Shown here piece by piece: positions 9,494 to 19,370 of a stretch of DNA of 64,000 nt (position 1 is its first letter; every line of letters starts with the position of its first letter). The notes beneath the pieces are model-generated. The model searched no databases and was not told the DNA's origin. It was given only the letters and a program-made list of their open reading frames with translations. The stretch comes from a virus (lineage: Duplodnaviria; Caudoviricetes): IMG/VR virus record IMGVR_UViG_3300030376_006003, positions 64,950 through 128,949 of that record; one strand, 5' to 3'. A program made the translations under genes and the position numbers.

Positions 9494-10819
9494 TTAAAAT
9501 CTTTTAAATATATTGTTATCTCTTGATAAAGTTTTTCTTGGACTTCTCTTTTTACTAGTTGTATCTGATAATGAATTACTAGATGCATTTTTACTTGCTT
9601 GAGCTGTCTTTAGTTTTCTAACTGTTTGTTCTACTGCAGCATTAGTACCTTGATTTTTTAACTGATTTTTATATCCTGTTGGATCAGCCAATAACCATAA
9701 TGCTTCTGATACTAAAGAATAATTTGGTTCAACAAATTGATACTTCTCTAGTAAGTGTCCTAACAAATTAGTATTTTCTCCAGATATAGAAGGATATGAA
9801 GGAGACACTAATCCGTTATATAACATTGATTGTGTTTTTTTATTAACCTTCATTTCTCCTAATTTACCATCTTTTAGAGTATGATATACATTTGCCATAT
9901 AGTTTTCAGATGCTTTTTGTTGTTGTGCCTTCTTCATTTCTTGTTCTTTCAACTTCTTTGCAACAACTGCTTCTGACATTTTATCTAACTTTGGTTTAAA
10001 CTTATTTGCTTGTTTTTCTAACTTGCCTAAGTCTTTCCAAATTTCTATTTCTTCATTTACTTCTTCTACAGTACCATATCCTGTAGCTGTTAAATATTCT
10101 CTTACAATGTGCTCCTGTCCTTTTTCACTAGACATATCTAAGTCTCTTGTCTCTTCAACTTGAGCTAGAGTTCCAAATAAACCTTTTAGGTCTTGTCCTC
10201 CATCTGCAACATACTTTGCTGCAATCTGTAATTCTTGAGGTAAACTATCAAAGAACTGTTTAGGTGTTTCTCTTCTTACTTTGTTTCCTCTTTCATCCAT
10301 GTTAGCTTGGATAAGCTCTTTCCAATCTTTTGCAGTATAATCATCTAACTCTTTATCATCATCAAAAGGAATTATTTGCTCATCTGCAATCATCTTTTTA
10401 AATACATCAGCCATTCCTTCAATTCTTCTTCTCCCTTTAGCTGTAGATTTTTCTTCTTCTCCTTCTGCTACTTCTAATCCTTCATTAAGTATCTCGTCTA
10501 TTTCATCTTTAGATACTTCAGATTCAACTTCCTTCTTTACTTCTTCTTTTACAGGTTCTTCTATTACAGTCTCTTTTTTAGCTTCTGTAGTTTCTTCTGT
10601 TTTAACTTCCTCTTTAGTTTCTTCAACTTCAGGAGTTGGTTCAGCATCTAAAAATGTTAAATCTACATTATCAGCTCTTGAAAACATATTTGGTTTTTTA
10701 GGAGTATCTTCCTCCTTTGGTAAAGTTATAGAGCTTGCACCTGGAGCTCCATTAAAGATCTCATCTAGGTTAACATCTACTTCCTCTACATTTGTTGTCT
10801 CATTCATTTTTTCTGACAT
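9494..10819 (-). CDS. Acidic coiled-coil scaffold-like protein
   Basis: Very Glu-rich N-terminus and helical; lies between portal and MCP. Confidence 0.65.
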   Translation of the reverse strand: MSEKMNETTNVEEVDVNLDEIFNGAPGASSITLPKEEDTPKKPNMFSRADNVDLTFLDAEPTPEVEETKEEVKTEETTEAKKETVIEEPVKEEVKKEVESEVSKDEIDEILNEGLEVAEGEEEKSTAKGRRRIEGMADVFKKMIADEQIIPFDDDKELDDYTAKDWKELIQANMDERGNKVRRETPKQFFDSLPQELQIAAKYVADGGQDLKGLFGTLAQVEETRDLDMSSEKGQEHIVREYLTATGYGTVEEVNEEIEIWKDLGKLEKQANKFKPKLDKMSEAVVAKKLKEQEMKKAQQQKASENYMANVYHTLKDGKLGEMKVNKKTQSMLYNGLVSPSYPSISGENTNLLGHLLEKYQFVEPNYSLVSEALWLLADPTGYKNQLKNQGTNAAVEQTVRKLKTAQASKNASSNSLSDTTSKKRSPRKTLSRDNNIFKRF

Positions 10820-10871
10820 AATATTTTGGTTTTTTGGTTAATTAAGTTATTGGTTTCTACTATTTACATAT

Positions 10872-10879
10872 ATAATATA
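10872..10879 (-). promoter_or_regulatory. Candidate late promoter element TATATTAT
   Basis: Intergenic, about 53 nt upstream of the scaffold/MCP unit. Confidence 0.45.
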
Positions 10880-10960
10880 AGAAATGTTTTAAGATCTTTT
10901 TAGAAATAAACCTAAAAAGTTATATAAGATTATGTTTTTTTTTGCAGTATATAGCTATAG

Positions 10961-13717
10961 TTACTTTTTCTTATCCTTTTTACTTGCTTTTACATCATAT
11001 TTGTTTTTGTTTTCACGTGCTATTTGAAGATTTTTATTAGCAATTTCTCTTTGTGTTGATAATTTTTCTCTTTCAATATCCATTTTAGCACGCTTATTAG
11101 AGTTATCTAAAGAAGCCTGTTCCTTTTTAAAGTTCATTTGCTCTCTATATTCATCTCTTTTACGCATATCTTGCATAGCATCTTGGAAATCACTTTGCTG
11201 ATTTTGATCAATATCAGTTTGTGCACCATAACCAGCAGCTCTAATTTCTGCAACAGTAATATCTTTTTGTCTTTCAGCTTCAGCTTGTGATGCTTCAAAC
11301 TGCTGCTGAGCTTGTTGCTGTTCTTGCTGAGCTTGTATTTGTTGTTCTTGCATTTTTTGCTGTTGTTGCATTTCTTGCTCTTTTTGCTGTTGTGTTTTTG
11401 TTTCAGCTTCTTTAAGTATATTAGAAACTTCAGCAATAGAGTTAGATTTAATAACATTACCTAGATCATAAATAGATGCTCCGGTTGTATTATTTTGAAG
11501 AGCCATTTGTTTAAGTTGCTCTAAAGTCTCTCTATGATTTGTTTTTGTTGTTGCAAATACATTAAAATCTCTTAACAATAATTTCTTACCATTAATTGTA
11601 AAGTTAACATTTTCAGCTTCTGTTGTAATATAAGAAAGTCTAACTGAAGGTTTAGTACTATGATAATATTGTGCAAGGTCTGTTCTCATTTGATGTACTC
11701 TAGGCATAAGATGATCTGAATGCTGTGTAAAGTATTGTTCTGTTTGAGAATGTGATTGATTCATAGCTTGAGTGACTCCTGTAGCAGTTTGTTGTGCAAT
11801 AGGTGTACCCATTCTTTGTTGATTAATACCTATAGACTCAAAAGCTTGTTGTTTAAAATGATTAGCTAATTGAATTCTAGACATTAATCTATTAGTTTGT
11901 TCTAGGTTTAATGTTTGATAATGATTAAAGTTTACAGCATTCTCAGTATTAGTAATAGATGTATCTAAAGGCATCATACCAAAATCCTTCATTGCTACAT
12001 AAGCTTTTTCTAAATTGTTTTTACCCCAGTCTTCTCCCATTGAGTGACGTGGTAATGCATTTTGATCAAACATTATAACAGTACCTAGTTCATCTACTAG
12101 TATATCTGCTATTTGATTATTTACCATATTATATCCAATCTGATATGGTTTCATTAAATCAATTAATGAAGTTGATTTAGTATTTCTATCAGAGAATATT
12201 CTTCCCTCTATTGGAAGTTTACAATTGTATAAGGTATCTTCACCTTTAAATTGATATTTTAGTTTACCTGGCTTTTTACAATTAATACCTAAATACATTG
12301 GATCAACATCATTATCTTCTGTTCTCCAGTGTTGAGGTGCATTAGGTCCTATTTTAACTCCACCCCATACTTCATTAATCCAAAACCAATCAATATGTTC
12401 ACCTTCAATAAGATTATCTCTTGTTTTATCTTTAAATAATCTGGTATTATAAACAGGTTTATCATTAACGTTATAACTCTCATCTATTATTTCTTGAACT
12501 AGTTCTCCTGTATGATCAATTCTTGTTAGATGTCCTATCTTTCTTTGAGTCTTCCAATATACTGTTGTAACACGCATCATATCAGCATCACCCCATTGAG
12601 CTATGTCATTACCTTCATTTAATATCCAATTTACAACATCATTTTCTGCTGCAGGGTTTGCACCATAATTACTCATTAACCTTCTGTAATCAATACCAGG
12701 AGGAGTTTCAGTATTCCATTTATGAGATCTACTTGCATCATAATAAGATCCATCATTCTGCATTCCGTTTAATAAATACTTTGAGTTTGTTGCAGGATGT
12801 ATATTCTGCATTGATCTTAACTGATCTTCGTCCATAAGATAACCATATTTATCAATAACATCTGCAACAGTCATCATATCACATTTTCCTGCAAAATTAG
12901 AATCTGATATATATCTTGAATCAGGAGATTTTTGATAGAATGTTAATACAGGATTCCAAAGTTCAACATCATAGTCATCCTCATTCATCTTAAAGTGCCA
13001 GAATTCTCTATCACATATAAGCATATCTCTAAATGCTCTCTCTTCTAATTCGGCCATCTTAAATCTTTCCTCATCTACATTTAATTGATGACCTGCCCAT
13101 TCTTCAATTAAACTCCTATAACTTTTACTAAAGAAGTTTTCTATTTCAGGAAGAGATTTTAAATTTTCAGTTGATAATTGTTGCTGAACTTCTTCTGATT
13201 CTGGATCAGCGCCTTGTTCAATCATCTTTATCATAAGTTTATTATGAGCGTCAGTTAAAAGATTTTCTTCTATCATTGCTCTTTTTTGTTCTAACATCTC
13301 ATTATAAGATGTATCATCAACAGCTCTAAATTGTACTTTTGTATATCTTTTACTGAACTCACCAACTAAAACGTTAACTACATTTGGGATTATTGGATAA
13401 AATTTAAGTTCTAATGCAGACTCATCTTCTTTTGTAAGAACATCCATAAGGTCTGCATAATCATTATCTTCTTCAACAATGTAATCCGTTTTATCAATTA
13501 TACCTTTTGCAAGTTTATAATTTTTAAGTAATCTTCTAGAGTTTTTTTTAAGTTGATCTAAACCTCTTAATTCTAACCAATCTAAGTTCCATGCCGCCCA
13601 ATCATGATCTTTTTCTTTTGATGGTATAAATTGTAAAGGTTGTGTTAATGATGCATTAACAGGTCCCTTATCAACTTTTGCTCCTTTTTTTAGTTGTAAT
13701 GCGTTATATACTTTCAT
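10961..13717 (-). CDS. Portal protein
   Basis: 918 aa after TerL; YPIIPNVVNVLVGE motif, SLIDLMKPYQ segment and Gln-rich C-terminal coiled coil typical of P22/crAss-like portals. Confidence 0.85.
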   Translation of the reverse strand: MKVYNALQLKKGAKVDKGPVNASLTQPLQFIPSKEKDHDWAAWNLDWLELRGLDQLKKNSRRLLKNYKLAKGIIDKTDYIVEEDNDYADLMDVLTKEDESALELKFYPIIPNVVNVLVGEFSKRYTKVQFRAVDDTSYNEMLEQKRAMIEENLLTDAHNKLMIKMIEQGADPESEEVQQQLSTENLKSLPEIENFFSKSYRSLIEEWAGHQLNVDEERFKMAELEERAFRDMLICDREFWHFKMNEDDYDVELWNPVLTFYQKSPDSRYISDSNFAGKCDMMTVADVIDKYGYLMDEDQLRSMQNIHPATNSKYLLNGMQNDGSYYDASRSHKWNTETPPGIDYRRLMSNYGANPAAENDVVNWILNEGNDIAQWGDADMMRVTTVYWKTQRKIGHLTRIDHTGELVQEIIDESYNVNDKPVYNTRLFKDKTRDNLIEGEHIDWFWINEVWGGVKIGPNAPQHWRTEDNDVDPMYLGINCKKPGKLKYQFKGEDTLYNCKLPIEGRIFSDRNTKSTSLIDLMKPYQIGYNMVNNQIADILVDELGTVIMFDQNALPRHSMGEDWGKNNLEKAYVAMKDFGMMPLDTSITNTENAVNFNHYQTLNLEQTNRLMSRIQLANHFKQQAFESIGINQQRMGTPIAQQTATGVTQAMNQSHSQTEQYFTQHSDHLMPRVHQMRTDLAQYYHSTKPSVRLSYITTEAENVNFTINGKKLLLRDFNVFATTKTNHRETLEQLKQMALQNNTTGASIYDLGNVIKSNSIAEVSNILKEAETKTQQQKEQEMQQQQKMQEQQIQAQQEQQQAQQQFEASQAEAERQKDITVAEIRAAGYGAQTDIDQNQQSDFQDAMQDMRKRDEYREQMNFKKEQASLDNSNKRAKMDIEREKLSTQREIANKNLQIARENKNKYDVKASKKDKKK

Positions 13718-13814
13718 AGTATTCTATATGTGTTATTTCTTTGCAGTCCTCTGTATAGATATATACAACATTAATAATACTAGGATCTGAGCATGTGAGT
13801 GTGTATTCAAACAT
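13704..13814 (-). CDS. 36-aa mini-ORF bridging terL and portal (not in ORF track)
   Basis: Starts in a TAATG overlap with the terL stop; MFEYTLTCSDPSIINVVYIYTEDCKEITHIEYYESI; its stop lies just inside the portal start. Confidence 0.45.
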   Translation of the reverse strand: MFEYTLTCSDPSIINVVYIYTEDCKEITHIEYYESI

Positions 13815-16009
13815 TATCTTATATTTTTAAAAGGGTTTTTTCTTATTTTATTTACACCTATCTTTTTATTCCTTCCTATATTCCTAAAAGGGTTCTTATT
13901 TAATTTACCAAAATTCTGTGAAATATCCAAAGGTTCTAGTGATTTATCTCTTTCTTTACGTTTTACATAACCCCTATTTGCTTGCTGCATTTTAGCAAAG
14001 GCAACAAGAGCTGAAAATGCAACTAATCTATCCACGTTTAATCCAGGAAAATATTGTAACATCTCTGTTATTAACATTTTATCAGGTATTCTCTCTACCC
14101 CATGTGTTCTTTTATACACATTTCCTTCTTCATCAGTTTCCTCATCTATAACTTCTCTTATAAATTCAATTGCATATGATACCAAATGACTTTTGAATAA
14201 TGTTCCTGTATTTTTCCAACCATATTCTTGAAAGACATTCCTATTAGATCCTAGGTCCTTTAAGAATACAATCTGTGACTTTGGAACTAAATACTTTTGT
14301 TTTCTTTCTGCAATCATATATTGAATAAACAAAGATATGTTATTTTCCACTAATGTCCACGCATTATACCATTCTATAATTAACTTTAAATGTTCATGGG
14401 TATCATTAATATCATCATATCTACCACACCAAGAAGCAACAATCTTATCTCCTTCAACAAAAGTTTCTAGACCTTCAGGAGTTTCTTTTGTAACTTCAAC
14501 AGGATTTTTATAAACAAATATGCTGCACAATGAATCTGACGTAGTTGTTTTACCTTCTGACACAGGGTCAATAGATGCATAATAAGTTCCAAACGCAGGA
14601 TCTTTAATTGGTCTCTCCCAAACAACTAACACTCCAGTTTTATCTTCTGCTTTCTTACTTAAAGGAAATGTACTTATTGGTAATTTTTTAGTTCTGCTTG
14701 CTTTTATCTTATTACCATCATATTCTAATTTCATTAGTTCATATGAATATTCTTTATCTTCTATCCTCTTCATTTGTTTAGATAAAAATCCTTGTGGAAA
14801 TATTGACTCTTGCCTATATGCAAATGCCTCAGCAATATCAATAGGTTTCTGTGATACTCTTAACTGAAAAGCTTCTGCCTCAAGATCCCTTTTCCATTCT
14901 TCTCTTTCAGTTCTAATTGATATAAGAGCACCTTCAATATTAGAATTACCATATTGATCTATAAAAGGAGGCATTGACCATTGTTCTGGTATAAATAAAC
15001 CAGCTATACCAATAGTACCTTTATCATCCATTAAGTCTGTTTGAACACCTTGGATACCATTAGCTTCAGGATTAAGTATAAATGTCTTTAATGGTTTACA
15101 GTGATCAAGATCACCAACAGATCCAGCAGCAATGAATTGACCTGTTGTCATCATTCCTGAAGACATTGCAGGACGTAAGTATTCATACGTTTGATCCATT
15201 TTAGGAGCAATACCTGCCTCCTCATGAAAGAAGTAAGTACATGGGCCCCCTACCCCTGCAGTAGCGTTTTTCTCAAAGGAGGCCCCTTGTATTTTAGATC
15301 TGAGACCTTTTTGTGTCTTTCTATTGTTTATTCTTACCTCAATCTTCTGTTCCCACAAAAGGACCTTGCCAGGATTAGATGGTCTGTACCATGCTGTATG
15401 CTCATTTAAAAAAGTTTGATATTCATCTAAAAACTTCCATGAACCTTTATCATTAATATAGTCTTTTAGTGCTGCACCTATTTTTAATACTGCTCCTTCT
15501 TCAAACCAGTACATGTTTATAAGTTTACCCATATGAAAATAAGAAGATGCTATCTGTCTTTTTTTAAGTATTGCAACATGCTTATAATTAATCTCAGCCA
15601 TTATCTCATATAGAGCCATGTGATATTGAGCATCTCTTACTTTTGCAAAACCATACTTCTTTTCTTCTTTATCAAAGATTGGTAAAAAGTTTAACCACAT
15701 ATAATAATCTCTAGTGAGATACCAAGTTTTACCTTTATTTTTGTATATTACACCCTGTCTGCATTTATTCTTTTGATCTTCCCAATAAGTCATAAAGTCT
15801 TTTGACCTCATTGGTTTGTCACAATAAAAACCTTGGGTGTTAAATTTTGTAGCCTCCTCATTAAATATAAATGCTGTTTCATCAAATTCATATTTACCAG
15901 GCTCTATAAATATTTCATCTATAAATACTCTGAAGTCATCTATGGTTTGGAATTCTGTTTCTTCCCAAACGCCTTCATTCCATGTGGGTATTGTTTTATA
16001 GTTGGTCAT
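13814..16009 (-). CDS. terL: Terminase large subunit
   Basis: ILKKRQIASSY Walker A variant, FFHEEAG Walker B, RNase H-like SIDPV...LVENN...DRL nuclease motifs. Confidence 0.9.
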   Translation of the reverse strand: MTNYKTIPTWNEGVWEETEFQTIDDFRVFIDEIFIEPGKYEFDETAFIFNEEATKFNTQGFYCDKPMRSKDFMTYWEDQKNKCRQGVIYKNKGKTWYLTRDYYMWLNFLPIFDKEEKKYGFAKVRDAQYHMALYEIMAEINYKHVAILKKRQIASSYFHMGKLINMYWFEEGAVLKIGAALKDYINDKGSWKFLDEYQTFLNEHTAWYRPSNPGKVLLWEQKIEVRINNRKTQKGLRSKIQGASFEKNATAGVGGPCTYFFHEEAGIAPKMDQTYEYLRPAMSSGMMTTGQFIAAGSVGDLDHCKPLKTFILNPEANGIQGVQTDLMDDKGTIGIAGLFIPEQWSMPPFIDQYGNSNIEGALISIRTEREEWKRDLEAEAFQLRVSQKPIDIAEAFAYRQESIFPQGFLSKQMKRIEDKEYSYELMKLEYDGNKIKASRTKKLPISTFPLSKKAEDKTGVLVVWERPIKDPAFGTYYASIDPVSEGKTTTSDSLCSIFVYKNPVEVTKETPEGLETFVEGDKIVASWCGRYDDINDTHEHLKLIIEWYNAWTLVENNISLFIQYMIAERKQKYLVPKSQIVFLKDLGSNRNVFQEYGWKNTGTLFKSHLVSYAIEFIREVIDEETDEEGNVYKRTHGVERIPDKMLITEMLQYFPGLNVDRLVAFSALVAFAKMQQANRGYVKRKERDKSLEPLDISQNFGKLNKNPFRNIGRNKKIGVNKIRKNPFKNIR

Positions 16010-16514
16010 AAGCTAATCCTTGACCTCCACGTACTGAACTTTTTTGTTCTTCCTTCATATCATTATATGCTCCTTTAAATGATTGTCTTATTGCGTCAAA
16101 GTTTTTAGCTGCACTAACTAATGAGTTTATGTTACCGTCTCTACCATGTTCAATTGATGTACTTTCCATATAATTTGCTAACTTATCAATCATAGACTTA
16201 ATACCTTTATAAGCTCTAAACGTAGGGGTTTCATATAGTTCAGCACATTTATCTAGAGCATATCTTATTTTAGAACATTCTAAAGATTCTTCCATGTTTA
16301 TTTCATCTAATATTATTTCTTCTTTATCTACTTCAGGTACATTAAAGAAAGGGTTTAGATCTGGATCAGGGCATGTCATATAAAATAAATACATGTAGAC
16401 ATCTAAATGTGTGTCAGGATATTTATCCATAATTGCCTTTAAAAATTTTAAAGTGTAACAGTGTTCTGTAGGAACTACTTTTCCGTTTGATATGTCAAAT
16501 AATTTTACTAACAT
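15996..16514 (-). CDS. Putative terminase small subunit
   Basis: 172-aa helical protein overlapping the terL start; positional inference only. Confidence 0.45.
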   Translation of the reverse strand: MLVKLFDISNGKVVPTEHCYTLKFLKAIMDKYPDTHLDVYMYLFYMTCPDPDLNPFFNVPEVDKEEIILDEINMEESLECSKIRYALDKCAELYETPTFRAYKGIKSMIDKLANYMESTSIEHGRDGNINSLVSAAKNFDAIRQSFKGAYNDMKEEQKSSVRGGQGLAYDQL

Positions 16515-16515
16515 A

Positions 16516-16947
16516 TTATTCTGGTACTTCTACTGCCATTATACCCATAAAGTCTTCTAAACTTTTTTGAATAGTATATGAACCTTTCTCTGTTACAACG
16601 TGAGTATATCCGCTCAAAACAGTTCCTGTAAGTTTATCAAATTGCGCTTCAAACTTCATTACTTTTTCTAAATCTATATGTACTACTTCACTTATTGAGA
16701 AGTCATTGTATCTATTACCAATCCAACTATATATTGTTGTAGGAGTACCTGATGTATTTAAAGCAACGCATGTAGCTTTATTATAGGTTGTCCATGTACC
16801 ACCAGCTGCTGTACATGTGGATGAATCTTGATAAGCGGTACCTAATGAACAACCAACCTTCATTCCATCATCATCATAACAATTACCTAGTGTTGAGCTA
16901 GACTTAGATCTTACTTTTACTTGTGTAAACTGTTTAAACTTAGGCAT
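16516..16947 (-). CDS. Hypothetical protein with Cys-rich insert (CTAAGGTW)
   Basis: Tightly packed ORF in the operon. Confidence 0.6.
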   Translation of the reverse strand: MPKFKQFTQVKVRSKSSSTLGNCYDDDGMKVGCSLGTAYQDSSTCTAAGGTWTTYNKATCVALNTSGTPTTIYSWIGNRYNDFSISEVVHIDLEKVMKFEAQFDKLTGTVLSGYTHVVTEKGSYTIQKSLEDFMGIMAVEVPE

Positions 16948-16950
16948 AAT

Positions 16951-17775
16951 TTATTTATTTTTTAACCACATTATTAATGATCTAACTTCTTCTTTCATAT
17001 AAGATAGATCATACATTTTAATATCTTTTATTATAGGTTCTCCTTGATCATCATATTTTGTTATAGGATAACCGTGAGCATTTTCACCTTCCTTTTCAAA
17101 GGAAACATGTTGAATTATAAGTTTCCCAGGTTTTAATTTAGGGTTATGCTTCAATATAATATACATATAAATACTCAATTGTAAGTTATAATGATTAAGA
17201 TTACAGTCATCTAAGTGTGATAAAGGTTTATACATCTTTGATGTTATACCTTCCCAATTAGTAAAACCTTTTGACTTTATTTCTTTATTAGTCTTATAAT
17301 CTGTAATATTAACCTTACCATTAACAATAGTAACTAAATCAGCCTGACCACATATTGCAGCTGATTTTAAATATGCAAAATGTTCTGGATATACTCCATC
17401 TTGTAATTTTTGTTCTGGTGCTATCTTAATACCGTTAGCATCTACAATAGGTTTTATAATAGGTACTTCTACACCTTCACGTTCTATAGTATTACAATCA
17501 AGTATACGTTCTTCTATTTGATTATGATACCAATTACCTAACTTGATTGCTCTTTGTGTTTCTGAATCCCAGGCATCTAATATTTCTTTTTGAGTCATAC
17601 CATACCATTTGGATCTTTTGTTCTTACAGGATTTCTTAGCCTGAGCCTTTGCATCAAACTTAGGTTTAAACTTTCCTATAAATGATGTAACGCTAGTCCA
17701 AGTAATATTATCTTTTTCTAGGTTCTCATCTATACTCTCATAGATATGGTCTTTTTCTTTAAATATAATTGCCAT
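16951..17775 (-). CDS. PD-(D/E)XK nuclease
   Basis: SVTSF...G..YH...E...ICGQADL...ITDYKT...YNLQLSIY RecB/Cas4-like motifs. Confidence 0.85.
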   Translation of the reverse strand: MAIIFKEKDHIYESIDENLEKDNITWTSVTSFIGKFKPKFDAKAQAKKSCKNKRSKWYGMTQKEILDAWDSETQRAIKLGNWYHNQIEERILDCNTIEREGVEVPIIKPIVDANGIKIAPEQKLQDGVYPEHFAYLKSAAICGQADLVTIVNGKVNITDYKTNKEIKSKGFTNWEGITSKMYKPLSHLDDCNLNHYNLQLSIYMYIILKHNPKLKPGKLIIQHVSFEKEGENAHGYPITKYDDQGEPIIKDIKMYDLSYMKEEVRSLIMWLKNK

Positions 17776-17778
17776 AAT

Positions 17779-18162
17779 TTATATATTTGGTGGAGGATTA
17801 TTTTCATCATGTAAACTCTGGTCACTTATTCCTCTAGCTTTTTCCTCATTTTTAACTATTTGTTCATGAAGCATGTCTTCTTCTTTTGCGCTCATTAATT
17901 CTTCCCATTTACCTTTAGGGCAAGATGAAGATAATGCTCTTGTTTTAAATGCTAAACTGCAACCACAATCAGCGCAACATGGTTGAGTTCCTGGTGCAGC
18001 ACATTTATGACCTTTTGTATCAAGATGTTCACATTCTTTACATATTCTCCATCTATGATCTGCTATCTTCTCAACATATTCTCTTTTAAACATACTGTTT
18101 TTAACACCTTCATATACTTCACTGATATTTTTTACTCCGTTTAATAGTTTACTTATGTTCAT
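17779..18162 (-). CDS. Cys-rich Zn-binding protein
   Basis: R..ICKECEH...CCADCGC...K......CPKGKW. Confidence 0.65.
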   Translation of the reverse strand: MNISKLLNGVKNISEVYEGVKNSMFKREYVEKIADHRWRICKECEHLDTKGHKCAAPGTQPCCADCGCSLAFKTRALSSSCPKGKWEELMSAKEEDMLHEQIVKNEEKARGISDQSLHDENNPPPNI

Positions 18163-18535
18163 TTTTCCAATCTTTTTTTATTTTTACTTCTTTACTTATT
18201 CTTTCAGCAGCCTTTTCCATTAATTGTAATTTTTCTTTTATAGGTAAGTGTTTATTATAACCTTTAAAGGTTCTCTTCTCAAGATTACCTAACATATCCT
18301 TATGTCTTTTAATTGCTCTGTCTAGTCTACCTTTTCTTGTTATAAACATTCCTAGATTTGGAAGTCTTATTCTTGTATGATCAAGATCTTCCATATGCTT
18401 TCTAATTTCACTATAGAAGAATCTAACAAACGTGTCTACAAGATTAGGGTGAACTTCACATTCTTCTGCAACTTCTTCAAAAAACTCTTTATAGCTTTTA
18501 GGATTTAAATGTATATCTTTAGTTTCTATATTCAT
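18149..18535 (-). CDS. IHF/HU-like DNA-binding protein
   Basis: EVAEEC...VDTFVRFF...IRLPNLGMF HU-fold signature; crAss-like phages carry such genes near terL. Confidence 0.7.
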   Translation of the reverse strand: MNIETKDIHLNPKSYKEFFEEVAEECEVHPNLVDTFVRFFYSEIRKHMEDLDHTRIRLPNLGMFITRKGRLDRAIKRHKDMLGNLEKRTFKGYNKHLPIKEKLQLMEKAAERISKEVKIKKDWKNEHK

Positions 18536-18885
18536 TAATCTACTCCTAATATTTTAAAGTCTAGAAATATATCACCTGAAGTTTGCACTTTCATATCAGG
18601 ATTTAGCTGTATAATCTTATTATTTTTTACTACTAGATTTTTTCTTTTTGCTTTTTGTATTGCATTTCTACACGATTGAGGACTTTTGAAAATCTTCATT
18701 TCAGATATACTTGAACAAAAAGCAGTTAAATCTATAGAACCTGCTTTAGCTAACTCCGTAAGACAATTTAAATCAGAAGGACTGATCTGAGTATTATTCA
18801 TAAAACAATGAGTAATAATTTGATATTTTATTACATCATTTTTATTTACTTTAACTCTCTTTTCTACTTTATTTACTATAGCCAT
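18535..18885 (-). CDS. Hypothetical winged-HTH-like protein
   Basis: SPQSCRNAIQKAKRKNLV...IQLNP pattern. Confidence 0.45.
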   Translation of the reverse strand: MAIVNKVEKRVKVNKNDVIKYQIITHCFMNNTQISPSDLNCLTELAKAGSIDLTAFCSSISEMKIFKSPQSCRNAIQKAKRKNLVVKNNKIIQLNPDMKVQTSGDIFLDFKILGVD

Positions 18886-18955
18886 TGTATTTTTTTTAAT
18901 AATTGTATAATCTCCTAGTGTATTTCTACACTAGAAGACTATATTAATTATATTA

Positions 18956-19294
18956 TTACTCAACTGACTTTAGTTGACGTACTGGAGGTGCATTATCACT
19001 GCTTGCGTCCCAGTCAGATCCTGCTTTAGATGCAGGAGCTTTTGGAGCTGCTTTTGCTGTCTCATTTGCTTCTTGTTGCTGAGCCATTGCATTAGCTATA
19101 AACGACTGAGCTTGAATTCTTTCAGCTCTTGCAGCTTCAATATCCTTTAAAAGTACCTCATAATCTAATTGAACTTTAAGATGTTTAATGCTATCTTTGT
19201 AATAAGCTGTAATTTCAGCTCTTTTTGCTTCCATTTCAGTCTTAGAATTTTCTGCAGCAAGTTCTTCTGCAGTTTTAACGGTTTTCTTTGCCAT
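18956..19294 (-). CDS. Hypothetical coiled-coil protein
   Basis: 112-aa ORF with an upstream TATCTTTG promoter. Confidence 0.7.
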   Translation of the reverse strand: MAKKTVKTAEELAAENSKTEMEAKRAEITAYYKDSIKHLKVQLDYEVLLKDIEAARAERIQAQSFIANAMAQQQEANETAKAAPKAPASKAGSDWDASSDNAPPVRQLKSVE

Positions 19295-19324
19295 TACATA
19301 TTGGTTTTAATGATTAATATAATA

Positions 19325-19332
19325 CAAAGATA
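19325..19332 (-). promoter_or_regulatory. Bacteroidota-type -7 promoter element TATCTTTG
   Basis: Matches TAnnTTTG; intergenic and correctly oriented. Confidence 0.7.
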
Positions 19333-19370
19333 CAAAAAAAGTTTAAATAAAAAAAGTTTATAAGGTTTTT

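Noticed and set aside
7806-16009. Introns or inteins in MCP, portal or terL (polB also checked)
   Set aside because: The ORFs are continuous with ordinary lengths; no intein or homing-endonuclease motifs seen
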